Below are positions 18,989 through 28,971 of a stretch of DNA of 60,176 nt, piece after piece. The DNA is from an uncultured virus (IMG/VR IMGVR_UViG_3300029258_002658). Lineage: Duplodnaviria > Heunggongvirae > Uroviricota > Caudoviricetes. The notes under the pieces were generated by a model. It ran no database searches. It saw only the letters and a list, made by a program, of their open reading frames with translations, and was not told where the DNA came from. The stretch lies in IMG/VR virus record IMGVR_UViG_3300029258_002658. The stretch is one strand, 5' to 3'. The translations under genes and the position numbers were made by a program. Numbering within the stretch: position 1 is the stretch's first letter; every line of letters begins with the position of its first letter.

Positions 18989-19059
18989 CCCCCCTGGTCT
19001 GGTGCAAGCCAAAGCGGGTGTGCTAGGGTTGGCGACACACGCAACCCTCATTTCGGAGG

Positions 19060-19743
19060 ATGACCATGACGTTCGCCTATACCAACCTCAGTAGCCCGCA
19101 GTCGCCAAACCAACTCGGTGTGGTCCAAGGCCATCGGAGTATCCCTCTGGGCTCTCCGGCGCTCAGTTCGCCCGGTGCAGTGCATTCCACCGCTGGGATT
19201 ATGGCGGTCCCGCCGATGTATCCCGCTGCGGACGGCGCGATGATGCCGAACACCTATCCGTCAATGGGGGCGTTGGGGCCTGCCGAATACATGGCAGGGA
19301 CGGGTATCAACCCGTACGCGCCTTATCCTCAGCAGCAGCCACAATTCGCGCCGATGCCTCTTCCGGCTCCAGCCCCCGCGCCGATGCCTCCTCCGAAACC
19401 CATCGTCCCAGCCGCTTTCGACAGGTCCTTCGCGGAGGTGGTTCGAGCCCTTCATCGGACGGAACCTCACTCTCGTGCGCTCCTGGGACTGATCCGGGTC
19501 ACCGCAAAATACCCGGAGATGGCCGAGACCGGTGCTGCCGTTGATGCATGGGCGAATGACGTTTTGGAGGGGCCGATGCCCCTCTCCACCACTATACAGA
19601 GGGCACCCTCCCCGAAGGGTCGGCCCGGTCCCGGACTGAATCCGAAGGGGAGGCCCGCAGGACCGGGAACAGCACAGGGCGTTATCCCGTCTGTGGGTCG
19701 TGGAGGGCACTTCGCCCCACCCTCCTATCAAGGGGAGGGCTAG
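19060..19743 (+). CDS. Pro/Met-rich low-complexity protein
   Basis: 227 aa; GGAGG RBS. Confidence 0.65.
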   Translation: MTMTFAYTNLSSPQSPNQLGVVQGHRSIPLGSPALSSPGAVHSTAGIMAVPPMYPAADGAMMPNTYPSMGALGPAEYMAGTGINPYAPYPQQQPQFAPMPLPAPAPAPMPPPKPIVPAAFDRSFAEVVRALHRTEPHSRALLGLIRVTAKYPEMAETGAAVDAWANDVLEGPMPLSTTIQRAPSPKGRPGPGLNPKGRPAGPGTAQGVIPSVGRGGHFAPPSYQGEG

Positions 19744-19770
19744 CACCCCAAAACAGCGCCGTAAGAGGGA

Positions 19771-22700
19771 GTGAGGTGCGTAAGGATCATGCAGAAGATC
19801 ACCCACCGCACCCGTAAGAACAAGCCCGGAGTCCGTTCCGGGCTAGTTGCGTTTCTGGCTTTCGCGTTGCTCGCCACCACAGGATGCGGGCCTGTGTTAG
19901 GTGTGGCAGTAGCTGGTTGGTTCGGCTGGGAAGCCCTCCAGGATGAGCAGTCCCCTCCGGGGGTGGTTGTGGGGTCGGTGCCTCACGTTGTGGGGATTGT
20001 GGGAGTTCCTGTGTCTGTGATCGATCCGGATGGGGACAGTGTGTCCCTTTCGCTGGAATACGATGCCCAATCAGGGTGGCAAGCAGCTACGGTCACGGGC
20101 AGTTCCTCTTTCAAGGGATCCCCTTCCGGCTCGTCGGCCACCGTTCAATGGGATGCAGCTACAGACCTGGGTACCGGCTACATTGGGGACATCCTTTTGC
20201 GGGTCACGCCTCGGGATAATGACGGCACTGGATCCTCTTCTCTAGGTGGGCCTTTCCCTCACGGCAACGACAGCCCTGTTCTCAGCAACCTATCTTTCGC
20301 CGGGGGTACCGGGGTAGTCCGAGGGGCTGTAGTCGTACGTTTCCGGGTAGCGGATTCGGGGTCCGATCTCATCGACGTTCTTTCTTTCGAGTATAGCGAC
20401 GATGGATTCGCCACGTCTACCGCTATACCGATTCCCAGTGGTACGTCGCAGGACTTCCCAGTGGGAGTCTTCCAAGACCTAGGAAGCACTCCCGGTGGCT
20501 CTGAGATCTCCTTCGTATGGGATAGCGAGATCGCTTTCCCAGACATCGACACAGGCAACGTTCAGATCGCTATCCAAGCACAGGATGCCTTCGGTAGTAA
20601 CTCGAACGTTCTCGTCACCGATCCTCTAGTCATCAACAATGACTGGCGTGTCCTGTCACCCCCTGCGGCTACTATCGCGGGAGTCATACCCGCTATACGA
20701 GTTGAAGGCCTTAACGGACAGTACATCGAGATTGAGTACACGCTGATCGACGCCAACGGAGGCGACACCGCTGACGTAGCGTTCGAGTACCTGGAGGGCG
20801 GTTCATCATGGCTACCATGCTCGGCTCACTCTTCGAGTCCTTCTACTACCGGACTGGCAATGAGTTCCTCCGGTGTAAGTCACACCTTCCGATGGGAACC
20901 GTTTGCCGACTCTACGGTTGGGGGGTCCTCATTGAATCGAGTGCATCTGGACAGCAACGGGGACTCTACTCCCGATCTATGGGCCATCGCGTTCAACCCG
21001 GCCATTTCGATCCGAGTCATTCCCACCGACTCCTCCTCCGTGACCGGTGCGGAAGGGGAGACGACGTTCCCCATAGGTGACGAGCCACCTTCAGTGCAGG
21101 TGGAACCCATCTTGTCGGCACAGACCCATGTGGTCACAGTCTCGGTCACCCTATCGGACATCGCCTCGGATCCCCTAGATCTTCTGGTTGAATACCAGAG
21201 GGACGACCAGCCAGGGACGTGGCATCCTGCGACAGTGCTGTTTTCCCCTGCGTCGGTCGAAGGCCTCACCTCATCCTCCACGGGGATCTATCACGGCATC
21301 CAATGGGACGCGGAGACAGATCTCGCAGGGGCCTCGACGTTTCGAGGTAACGTTATTGTTCGAGTTGCAGGACGAGACGGCCCAGCGGCGACCACCGGCA
21401 CCCTTCAGTCTACTTGGAGCGACACGGGGTGGTTCTATGACCGTCAGAACCAGCTGCCGGTTGCCATTCTTTCCCAACCCTCAGCCGGAACCTACTCAGG
21501 CAGTATCCCCTTAGATCTCACCGCCAGCGATGCAGAGAGCGACCCGTGCCAGTTGACACTGGAGTACTCGACTAATGGAGGAAGTAGTTGGGACCTCGCA
21601 ACGTTGTCCGGCGTCTCCAATCCCTACCTAAACACAAATCCCACCGGCATCTCCTACGTCCGGAACTGGGCCTCCCTGGACGACCTCCCAACCCACGTAG
21701 GGACTGTCTACCTCCGGACACGGGTAACGGACTACGAACCAGGACCATGGGCTCCTCTTGTTTCGGTTCAACTGGACAACAGCAGCATCACCAATACAGC
21801 CCCGGTCCTTCAGATCTCAGGCACCGGAGTCACGGATCTTGGCGGTGGTATTTGGCGAGTAGTGATTGCTCCAGGGGGTACCCTCCCGAGTATCGTCTCG
21901 CTCTTCGCCACTGATACTGACGCGGGAGACAGCCTAACGTTGGCATGTCAGTTCGATGTCGCGTCCAGCATCAGCTACGGTGCGTGGCCTGCTGCTGTAG
22001 GTAGTACCCCAGCAGCGTCCTTCGGAGTGAGTACCGCTTCTGCTGTCGCACCGTCCCCAGTCGCTATCGTTCTTACTCCTAACGGGGCCTTGGTTTCTCC
22101 AGGGCTGGCGGCTTTTCAGGTCACAGTGGACGATGGGGCTGGAGGTGGTGATAGCGGTCTGCTTCAGGTTGTTGTGAACGATTCGCCTCTGTGGGGCATC
22201 CCGACCGGACCAGGGACGATCACAGGCAGTTACCCAACATGGACAGCATCACTGCTTCCCGGTCAGAGTCTGGACTTCTCTGCGACCGTCACCGACGCGA
22301 ATACTGGGGATACACTGGCCGTCCAGGTCTCCCGAATCGGTGGCTCTCTGGAAACTTGGGAAGCTGGGTTCACCCCAGTGTTTCCCGTTACCCAATCAGG
22401 TACTACACCTCAGGTGGTTACGTTCAACGGAGACACCGCACAACTCGATGGCACACTCGTTCTACGCTTCGAGGTAGATGACGGGTATGGAGGCACCGAC
22501 AGCTTCGACCTGACAATCGAGATCGTCCATGACCATCCGGACGACCTGTTCCAAGACACCGATGGTGATGGCATCGACGGTACAGAGGCCCTAGCTGTTT
22601 TCGTTGATGGGAATGGTGGGTTACCTACCAACCCAGGTTCGAAGGCCAACCCTTTGGACACTGTCCAAGCGGGGATCAATTTGGCTGCGACCTTCAGCCC

Positions 22701-23880
22701 TCCTCGGGATGTCTACGTCTCCGCAGGAACCTACCCGGAGAACCTGACCTTGGCCTCCGGGGTCCGAGTGTACGGTGGCTACGACGCAGGCAGTGCATGG
22801 TCTCGTAGCAACTCCAACTTCGTAACGCTCCAAGGCCAACCAACATCCGGTACCTGTGCTGCGGTATACGGAAATGCGTTGTTGGGTCGTCCCGTTATCG
22901 TAGACCGTATCGACGTGATTGGAGCGAATGCTCCCGATACAGGCCAGAACACCTATGGTGTTTTACTAATTGCTTGTCCTGTAGATGTAGTTGCCATCCA
23001 TGAATGTGAAATCACAGGAGGTTCAGGAGGTGTTGGGTCTTCGGGGTCGAATGGAGTTTCCGGTAACCCAGGAGGTGTTGGAGGATCAGGGAGTAATCGT
23101 ATAGGTGGTAGCAATGGATCCGGAGTGTATAGCGGAGGTATAGGAGGCACTGCTCCTGCCATATACACCTATGGATCCAACCCTGGAGGATTAGGAAGTG
23201 GTCCAACGGGAGGGGCTGGTGGTAGTGGTGGGGTTAGCGGATCTATTCATGGAGGAACAGGTGCAGGGGGTGGTATCGGTAATCCAGGGGTAGACGGAAG
23301 TGGGGCGAATGGGTCCGGTTCGGTTGTGGGTGATATCTGGACAGGTAATAGTGGTTCGTCCGGAGGGGTGGGTGCGGGTGGTTCGGGTGGGGGTGGCGGT
23401 GGTAGTGGACTCACTACGTACAGCGGCCCTACATGGTTTGAAGGAGGTGGTGGGGGTGGTGGTGGCGGTGGTGGGGGTGGTGGTTTGGGGGCTTCGGGGG
23501 GAGGTCCGGGAGGCGGTTCCTTCGGTATCTACTTGATCCTCAGTTACATCGAGGTTACAGCGTCCATAGTCTCTTCGGGAAACGGAGGGGCTGGAGGGAG
23601 TGGCGGTGATGGGGGTCTGGGAGGGTCCGGAGGGGCTGGAGGTGCAGGCGCTACCGGAAACGGTGGTGATGGTGGTGATGGAGGTCCAGGTGGCGATGGG
23701 GGGCGCGGCGGGCATGGTGGTGGAGGGTTGGGAGGAGCCTCCTATGCACTCTTCCGAGCCGATACATCTTCGGACGCTGACGATACGGGTACATCCCTAT
23801 TCGTAGGCTCTCCGGGGCCTGGAGGGACTTCCTTGGGTAATGCAGGTGCGGCAGGGCCTTCCGCCACCCGCAACTGGTAA
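19771..23880 (+). CDS. Large surface lipoprotein/adhesin: Ig-like repeats, beta-helix-like domain, Gly-rich tail
   Basis: Basic N-terminus, hydrophobic core and LATTGC lipobox; repeated D.dsD...l.lEYs.dg..W modules; GSKANPLDTVQAGI...VYVSAGTYPE; PGRS-like Gly-rich tail. Confidence 0.8.
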   Translation: MRCVRIMQKITHRTRKNKPGVRSGLVAFLAFALLATTGCGPVLGVAVAGWFGWEALQDEQSPPGVVVGSVPHVVGIVGVPVSVIDPDGDSVSLSLEYDAQSGWQAATVTGSSSFKGSPSGSSATVQWDAATDLGTGYIGDILLRVTPRDNDGTGSSSLGGPFPHGNDSPVLSNLSFAGGTGVVRGAVVVRFRVADSGSDLIDVLSFEYSDDGFATSTAIPIPSGTSQDFPVGVFQDLGSTPGGSEISFVWDSEIAFPDIDTGNVQIAIQAQDAFGSNSNVLVTDPLVINNDWRVLSPPAATIAGVIPAIRVEGLNGQYIEIEYTLIDANGGDTADVAFEYLEGGSSWLPCSAHSSSPSTTGLAMSSSGVSHTFRWEPFADSTVGGSSLNRVHLDSNGDSTPDLWAIAFNPAISIRVIPTDSSSVTGAEGETTFPIGDEPPSVQVEPILSAQTHVVTVSVTLSDIASDPLDLLVEYQRDDQPGTWHPATVLFSPASVEGLTSSSTGIYHGIQWDAETDLAGASTFRGNVIVRVAGRDGPAATTGTLQSTWSDTGWFYDRQNQLPVAILSQPSAGTYSGSIPLDLTASDAESDPCQLTLEYSTNGGSSWDLATLSGVSNPYLNTNPTGISYVRNWASLDDLPTHVGTVYLRTRVTDYEPGPWAPLVSVQLDNSSITNTAPVLQISGTGVTDLGGGIWRVVIAPGGTLPSIVSLFATDTDAGDSLTLACQFDVASSISYGAWPAAVGSTPAASFGVSTASAVAPSPVAIVLTPNGALVSPGLAAFQVTVDDGAGGGDSGLLQVVVNDSPLWGIPTGPGTITGSYPTWTASLLPGQSLDFSATVTDANTGDTLAVQVSRIGGSLETWEAGFTPVFPVTQSGTTPQVVTFNGDTAQLDGTLVLRFEVDDGYGGTDSFDLTIEIVHDHPDDLFQDTDGDGIDGTEALAVFVDGNGGLPTNPGSKANPLDTVQAGINLAATFSPPRDVYVSAGTYPENLTLASGVRVYGGYDAGSAWSRSNSNFVTLQGQPTSGTCAAVYGNALLGRPVIVDRIDVIGANAPDTGQNTYGVLLIACPVDVVAIHECEITGGSGGVGSSGSNGVSGNPGGVGGSGSNRIGGSNGSGVYSGGIGGTAPAIYTYGSNPGGLGSGPTGGAGGSGGVSGSIHGGTGAGGGIGNPGVDGSGANGSGSVVGDIWTGNSGSSGGVGAGGSGGGGGGSGLTTYSGPTWFEGGGGGGGGGGGGGGLGASGGGPGGGSFGIYLILSYIEVTASIVSSGNGGAGGSGGDGGLGGSGGAGGAGATGNGGDGGDGGPGGDGGRGGHGGGGLGGASYALFRADTSSDADDTGTSLFVGSPGPGGTSLGNAGAAGPSATRNW

Positions 23881-23909
23881 CCCGAAACTGAAAAAGTTTT
23901 TCACTTCTA
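23880..23909. repeat. AT-rich palindrome, copy 2
   Basis: CCCGAAACTGAAAAAGTTTTTCACTTCTA directly after the stop codon. Confidence 0.8.
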
Positions 23910-24035
23910 GGAGTCGGATGTCGGCTTGCTAGGCGACCCCTCTAGGCTTCCCCTGCCTAAGAGGGGCGTCTAAGATTACAGGCAACGAGACGTAAGACAC
24001 ACCGCGCTGGGTATCCTCAGCCGAAGGAGATCCTG

Positions 24036-25115
24036 ATGGCCCTTGATAAACTCCCCGACCTTCCTCCTGATCTGGTCGCGCAGACGGAGGCCCCGAAACC
24101 GAAGAAGACGCTTCGCGAGCGTTGGGCGCAGGTGAAAGGCTCAAAGCTGGGCCGAGCCACTGCTGCTGCCAAGAATGCGACCGTGGCGTTTGCTGTGGTA
24201 GCCGGGACGAAGGTCCGCGAGAAGGCTGGCCCTCGGCTCGGCGCTTTGAAGGAACGGGTCGTGGAGGGAGCGTCGAACGCTGCCAAGGCGGTCCGTGCGA
24301 AGTTGTCCTCGCGTAGAGAGTCTTCGCCTGGGTTGGTGGAGACTCTCGACGGTTCATCCACACCTGATAGTCCAGGAGACGAGAACATGGCACTCCAGAA
24401 GTTCAACCCAGGCAGCAAGCCCGCCCCCGAAGGCGGCAAGGTCATGCAACTCCCGGTGGCAAACGCTGATGGCGATGCCCCTGAGGTCGCCACTCCGGAG
24501 CCCGACCAGACAGCGGATGCTCCGGAAGTCCCCGCTGCGGCTGCTGTCGAGATCGACATGCCGAAGATCGAGGCCCCCAAGGTCGAGGCCCCGGCGCTCG
24601 ACATCCCAGCGGTGTCCCCGCCCCAGACCACACCTGCCGACAAGCCGGACTTTTCGACGGGGATGCTCGCCAAGATCGCGGCGGCGCAGGCTGAGGTGAC
24701 CCAGGTGTCGTCGGCCCTCAAAGTCGCCCAGAGCGATATCGAGGCGCTGAAGGGATCGGCCACCAAGGACGAGATCACGGCCCTCAGCGCCCGCATCACC
24801 GCTGCTGAAGGTCGTCTCGACTCCCTCCAGGACAAGGTCGGTGGCATCGTGGTTCCGACCGCCAAGGAGATCACCGAGAACGTCTGGGGCCAGATCAAGC
24901 CCTACATGGACGGCCTCGTGGAGAGCCTCAACGGCGAACTGGCCAAGTTCGGGGAGACCATCCAGACCCTTCAGACGGGTCACTCCCAGAACGCTGGCAG
25001 CATCCAGCAGCTGGCGGGCCACATGTCGCAGATGACCCAGGCTATCAACGCCGTGTCGCAAGCCACGGACTCCCACGCGGACTCGCTCAAGCAGATCCAG
25101 GAGGCGCTCTTCTAG
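24036..25115 (+). CDS. Coiled-coil protein with a second in-frame start at 24387
   Basis: AAGGAG RBS at first ATG and AGGAG before internal MALQKF; heptad-like C-terminal half. Confidence 0.75.
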   Translation: MALDKLPDLPPDLVAQTEAPKPKKTLRERWAQVKGSKLGRATAAAKNATVAFAVVAGTKVREKAGPRLGALKERVVEGASNAAKAVRAKLSSRRESSPGLVETLDGSSTPDSPGDENMALQKFNPGSKPAPEGGKVMQLPVANADGDAPEVATPEPDQTADAPEVPAAAAVEIDMPKIEAPKVEAPALDIPAVSPPQTTPADKPDFSTGMLAKIAAAQAEVTQVSSALKVAQSDIEALKGSATKDEITALSARITAAEGRLDSLQDKVGGIVVPTAKEITENVWGQIKPYMDGLVESLNGELAKFGETIQTLQTGHSQNAGSIQQLAGHMSQMTQAINAVSQATDSHADSLKQIQEALF

Positions 25116-25151
25116 GAGCCCGTTTTCTAGCCCTGAACTAGGGAGGTAACC

Positions 25152-25583
25152 GTGTTTACGAACAGTGCAATACAGGCTCGGACGAGCGGTTGCCTCCCTC
25201 ATCAGGGCAGAGCAGTAGCGGGTCCGCTGACGGCACTTCCACCTGCCGTAGATACGCCTGACCCTCGGGCCAATACCCTGCGTAGGCAGATTGGCCCAAT
25301 GACGTGGGCCTTGATTGGGTTAGTGCCCCGTACGCCTCTTCGGGTACCCGCTCCAGCGGAGTTTCAGGGTGTCCTCGCTTTGTTCACGCCCAGCAGCTTC
25401 CCTCCGGGTCGTACCAGAAACGAAGAAGACAGGACGATCTACCGAGTAGAGTCGGGTTTGCGGGAAATGGCTGCGTTGGCTGGAATCTACCACGGCCAAT
25501 ACCCGATCAATGTCCGGCAGCGAGCAGAAGCTGATTACTTCCGGGCTCTTCGTGAGTTAGCGGCTCTGGTTTGGCCGCTTTAG
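25152..25583 (+). CDS. Hypothetical protein
   Basis: GGAGG RBS with GTG start. Confidence 0.55.
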   Translation: MFTNSAIQARTSGCLPHQGRAVAGPLTALPPAVDTPDPRANTLRRQIGPMTWALIGLVPRTPLRVPAPAEFQGVLALFTPSSFPPGRTRNEEDRTIYRVESGLREMAALAGIYHGQYPINVRQRAEADYFRALRELAALVWPL

Positions 25584-25620
25584 TTTCCTCATCTCCGAAC
25601 TGGCTTTAAGGAGACCTACC

Positions 25621-26553
25621 ATGACCGGACAAGCACAAGCTAACATCCAGTGCAACGCTGGTAGTCAGACGACTGCACCGTGCGCGTCCAACGGTGGTGT
25701 CTGCCCTTACACCCAGCAACAGATCCAGTTCGGGGTGAGCGGTCAGATTCCTGGATTGGCTCCAGGTCAAACCTCAGGCCCTGGTGGGCTAGGGGTCGGG
25801 GCGAGTGTAAACGGCTCCGTGCCGTTTCCGGGGGCAATGACGACGCCCTTGGCCCGACCTCCTGCACGTCCGGTAGACACCTCTACCCGACCCCAGCCCT
25901 CCGGGACCGGAGTCTCCGTATCGGGGAATCTCAACCACCGGCAGCCTTACGGGCAGTCCACGTTGGCTTGGAAGACATGGATGGGGCGTGGTGTCATAGG
26001 CATCATCTCCATTCTCATCTTCGTTGCTCTGACCTACTTTCTGGGGATGGGAGTCTTCGCAGAGAAGATCGACTCCTCGACGGACCTTCGGCTCGATCCT
26101 CGGACGGGACTCCCTATCGTAGATGGGGTAGCCCTAGACGAAGAGCGGCAGATCGTCTACCTCGGACCTCATGCCACGATTACGCAGCGGATGTACGCCG
26201 CCGATCTCCAGGCGCATGAGGGATGGACCCTGATTAACGTTACCGGTTCAGGGGTAAACGCTGAGAGGGAGGATACCGCAGAAGATGGCGATGGTAGTAG
26301 TGGTGGGAGCGGTCCGGTTGGGGGACCGGCTGTAGTTAGGGTGAATGGACCCTGTCCTATATGCCCGTTGACTGCGGAGGAACTTCGAGAGGCCCTGAGA
26401 ACGTTCGACACCATCTACCGGGAGAACGAGTACCATACCGCCTTCGGGTTGATGTCCAACCATCGCAGTCAGTTCCGCCAACTTCGGGACTCTCTGGTAC
26501 GGGCGCTAGCTCTTGCAGAGGGGAAGGAAGCTGCGGACCAGGACGGGGAGTAG
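25621..26553 (+). CDS. Single-pass membrane protein
   Basis: AAGGAG RBS; TM segment VIGIISILIFVALTYFLGMGVF. Confidence 0.7.
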   Translation: MTGQAQANIQCNAGSQTTAPCASNGGVCPYTQQQIQFGVSGQIPGLAPGQTSGPGGLGVGASVNGSVPFPGAMTTPLARPPARPVDTSTRPQPSGTGVSVSGNLNHRQPYGQSTLAWKTWMGRGVIGIISILIFVALTYFLGMGVFAEKIDSSTDLRLDPRTGLPIVDGVALDEERQIVYLGPHATITQRMYAADLQAHEGWTLINVTGSGVNAEREDTAEDGDGSSGGSGPVGGPAVVRVNGPCPICPLTAEELREALRTFDTIYRENEYHTAFGLMSNHRSQFRQLRDSLVRALALAEGKEAADQDGE

Positions 26554-26555
26554 CC

Positions 26556-26978
26556 ATGCGCGGAACCATCATCTTGCTTCTGGTCGTGGTCTTCCTCGTA
26601 GGGTGTTCATCGCCCCGTTCGGGTAGCACTGCTACGGGCTACCACGTCCGATTGACCGAGGAACTATCGGTCCAGATCGACGTTCTTTCTGAGGAACTGG
26701 CAAAACCGAACCCGGATTTCGCTCGGTGTCAAATGCTGATCCAGGAGATCCGTTCCAAGGCGGCGGAGTCTGAAGACCAAGCCCGGATCATCGACGCGAT
26801 CCTGCGGCACCTCAACGCAGTGAATCGACGGACCTTGGACTACCCGCAGTACTCTTCGCCGTCACCTTCGTACGGGCATGGCTATGGGTACGGTTCTCCC
26901 TCTTCTCCCTCGTCCTCTCCGCCTGCGGACGGGTATGGTCAAGGCGGCAGCACCTGGGGTGCCCCGACCGGTTACTAG
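26556..26978 (+). CDS. Lipoprotein
   Basis: MRGTIILLLVVVFLVGC lipobox; helical core; Ser/Pro/Gly-rich tail. Confidence 0.75.
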   Translation: MRGTIILLLVVVFLVGCSSPRSGSTATGYHVRLTEELSVQIDVLSEELAKPNPDFARCQMLIQEIRSKAAESEDQARIIDAILRHLNAVNRRTLDYPQYSSPSPSYGHGYGYGSPSSPSSSPPADGYGQGGSTWGAPTGY

Positions 26979-26988
26979 GAGCAGTAGC

Positions 26989-28035
26989 ATGAGGTGGAAA
27001 TGGCTCCTGATCCCCGTGCTGCTTGGCCTTTGCTCCTTTGCCTTCTTGGGGTGTGGGTTCCTGCAAACCGCTGAGCGTATGGAGTGGGAGGCGCAGGACC
27101 TTAGCCAGCGCGTCCAGCGAATCCAATCGTTGACGGCTCAGTACCCACGCAATACCGCAGCTTTGGCCTCGGCTCGCGAGGAGATTGACGGTCTCGTTTC
27201 GCTTCTAGAGGAACTGGAGTACACCGCCGTCACACCTGAACAGGCTCGCGCCTACCGGGAGATCCGGGAGTTCGCAGAGGAGATCGGTGGCGGCATCGAG
27301 GATATGCTACAGACTCAACGCAACCTCGACACCCAGGTAGCTACTGAGATGGGCGACGTAGTGTCACTTGCGGCTCGCCACTCGGAATCCGCGCAGCAGC
27401 TGAACAGCCAAGTCAGTGGGCTGATGGATATGGTTACCAACGCCATCCCAGGTGCCGCAGCAATAACAGCTGGGATGAGCGCCCTGGACAATCTGAGGGC
27501 TACGGCGGAGCAGCGGATCCCTCCAAGCAACAGTACCCTCGGATTTGTCGGTGACCTTGCTCCCAACTTGATCCCGCTTGCTCCCTTGGTGCCCCTTGCC
27601 TCCAGGAAGGTCCGGAGAGGATTGGCTAACCGCCTTCGCAAGAGCATCCTCGGTACTGATAAGCCCGAGGAGTTTGCCGAGAACATGGAGAAGGCCCGCA
27701 TTAAGAAAGCCAACGAGGCTGCTCTGGGGGCTCAACCTCAGAATCCTTTGACTCTTTGCCCCGGAGGAGTGTCCCCGCAAACACAAGCGGTACACCCTTC
27801 AGGACCCGGTCCAATCCATCAGAACTGGCCCCCCACCGGACAGCATTCCACACCCGGTACGCCCCCTCAGGTCCCTCCACAGACATCTCCGCAGGGACAA
27901 GGTGGGCAGGGTAATCCTTTGCCAGGGGAGAACCTGCCCACCTTTCCTAATGCTCCTCCAGCGGGTGCCACAGGGCCGGGAATGACCGGTCAGTGGACTC
28001 TCCGCGAAATTGAGCCAGTGAGAGAGACGGGCTAG
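26989..28035 (+). CDS. Lipoprotein with coiled coil and Pro/Gln tail
   Basis: AGGAG RBS; MRWKWLLIPVLLGLCSFAFLGC. Confidence 0.7.
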   Translation: MRWKWLLIPVLLGLCSFAFLGCGFLQTAERMEWEAQDLSQRVQRIQSLTAQYPRNTAALASAREEIDGLVSLLEELEYTAVTPEQARAYREIREFAEEIGGGIEDMLQTQRNLDTQVATEMGDVVSLAARHSESAQQLNSQVSGLMDMVTNAIPGAAAITAGMSALDNLRATAEQRIPPSNSTLGFVGDLAPNLIPLAPLVPLASRKVRRGLANRLRKSILGTDKPEEFAENMEKARIKKANEAALGAQPQNPLTLCPGGVSPQTQAVHPSGPGPIHQNWPPTGQHSTPGTPPQVPPQTSPQGQGGQGNPLPGENLPTFPNAPPAGATGPGMTGQWTLREIEPVRETG

Positions 28036-28037
28036 CG

Positions 28038-28931
28038 TTACTTACGCTTCGCCTTCTTCTTCTTCTTCCCCTGCTGCCGTTTCTGGGCCTTCTCCTTGGC
28101 GGTCTTCTTGCCTTGCGGCGGCTTGCCCTGCGGTTCCGGTTCCGGTTCCGGCTCCGGCTCGCCCGCATCCACTTCGTCCATCACATCGTCGTCCAGCGGC
28201 GAACCTGTTGCCTCCCCCTCTTGTTGGACACCTACCTCGGCGGCAGTAGGATCTCCTTCTTCGGGATCCTCGTCGGCTTCCTCCGTACTCGCTTTGGTCC
28301 CAGGGATGTGAGCCTTGGACGCCTTCTTCGAGGGGACGTAGGGCTTCCCTTGTGGCTTGCGCGTAGGCTTCCGCAACGAGCCGCTCCGCTTCACAGGAGG
28401 TTCCCATGGTGCCGCTTCGGGTGGGGCCGTGCTTGGGATCTCCTCTGCTAAGGCTTCTACCTCAGTGTCTTTGTTCGGTAGGGCAGCGAGGCCTTTTGCT
28501 GCCCGGTCTGCCGTGGCACGGGCTTTTTCTTGGGCCTTCCGTTCCTCCAGCGCGTCACGCTGTGCAGCTTGTTTGGAGAGGTATCGCCGGTCGTAGGGAT
28601 CGTGGGGGCGGAGAGTGCTGTCGTTGGGGTCGATGGCCTTCTCGACCACCTTCGCACCCTTCGGTTTGCGGGCAGATCCTCTGCGGTTCGCCGGTTTCAG
28701 GACGGCTCCTCCGGCAGCTTGGACCCGACCGGGCATCTTCCCGCCACCGATGCCCATTGCCGCAGACCCGGATGCCCCTGCGCCTTTGAGAATGGGAGAC
28801 CCCGTCTGAGGGGCAATCTTGCCCCGTAGGCGACGAGCCCTCGTGTCCGACGTGCTGTTCATGTCGATTGGGGAAATCCCGGCGGTGTTCACGTCGGGAT
28901 CCGTTGCGAGACGCTTCTTCTGCTTGCCCAT
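28038..28931 (-). CDS. Disordered basic/acidic protein
   Basis: AGGAGG RBS; EPEPEP repeat; Lys-rich C-terminus. Confidence 0.7.
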   Translation of the reverse strand: MGKQKKRLATDPDVNTAGISPIDMNSTSDTRARRLRGKIAPQTGSPILKGAGASGSAAMGIGGGKMPGRVQAAGGAVLKPANRRGSARKPKGAKVVEKAIDPNDSTLRPHDPYDRRYLSKQAAQRDALEERKAQEKARATADRAAKGLAALPNKDTEVEALAEEIPSTAPPEAAPWEPPVKRSGSLRKPTRKPQGKPYVPSKKASKAHIPGTKASTEEADEDPEEGDPTAAEVGVQQEGEATGSPLDDDVMDEVDAGEPEPEPEPEPQGKPPQGKKTAKEKAQKRQQGKKKKKAKRK

Positions 28932-28971
28932 GCTGTCGCTACCTCCTGCACATGTACCAATACCGGGGAGG

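Noticed and set aside
23000..23740. GGN-rich repetitive DNA as a repeat array or CRISPR
   Set aside because: Explained by the Gly-rich coding tail; no identical repeats with unique spacers.
28130..28162. Short tandem repeat (CCGGTT/CCGGCT)n
   Set aside because: Encodes the EPEPEP tract of ORF 28038-28931.
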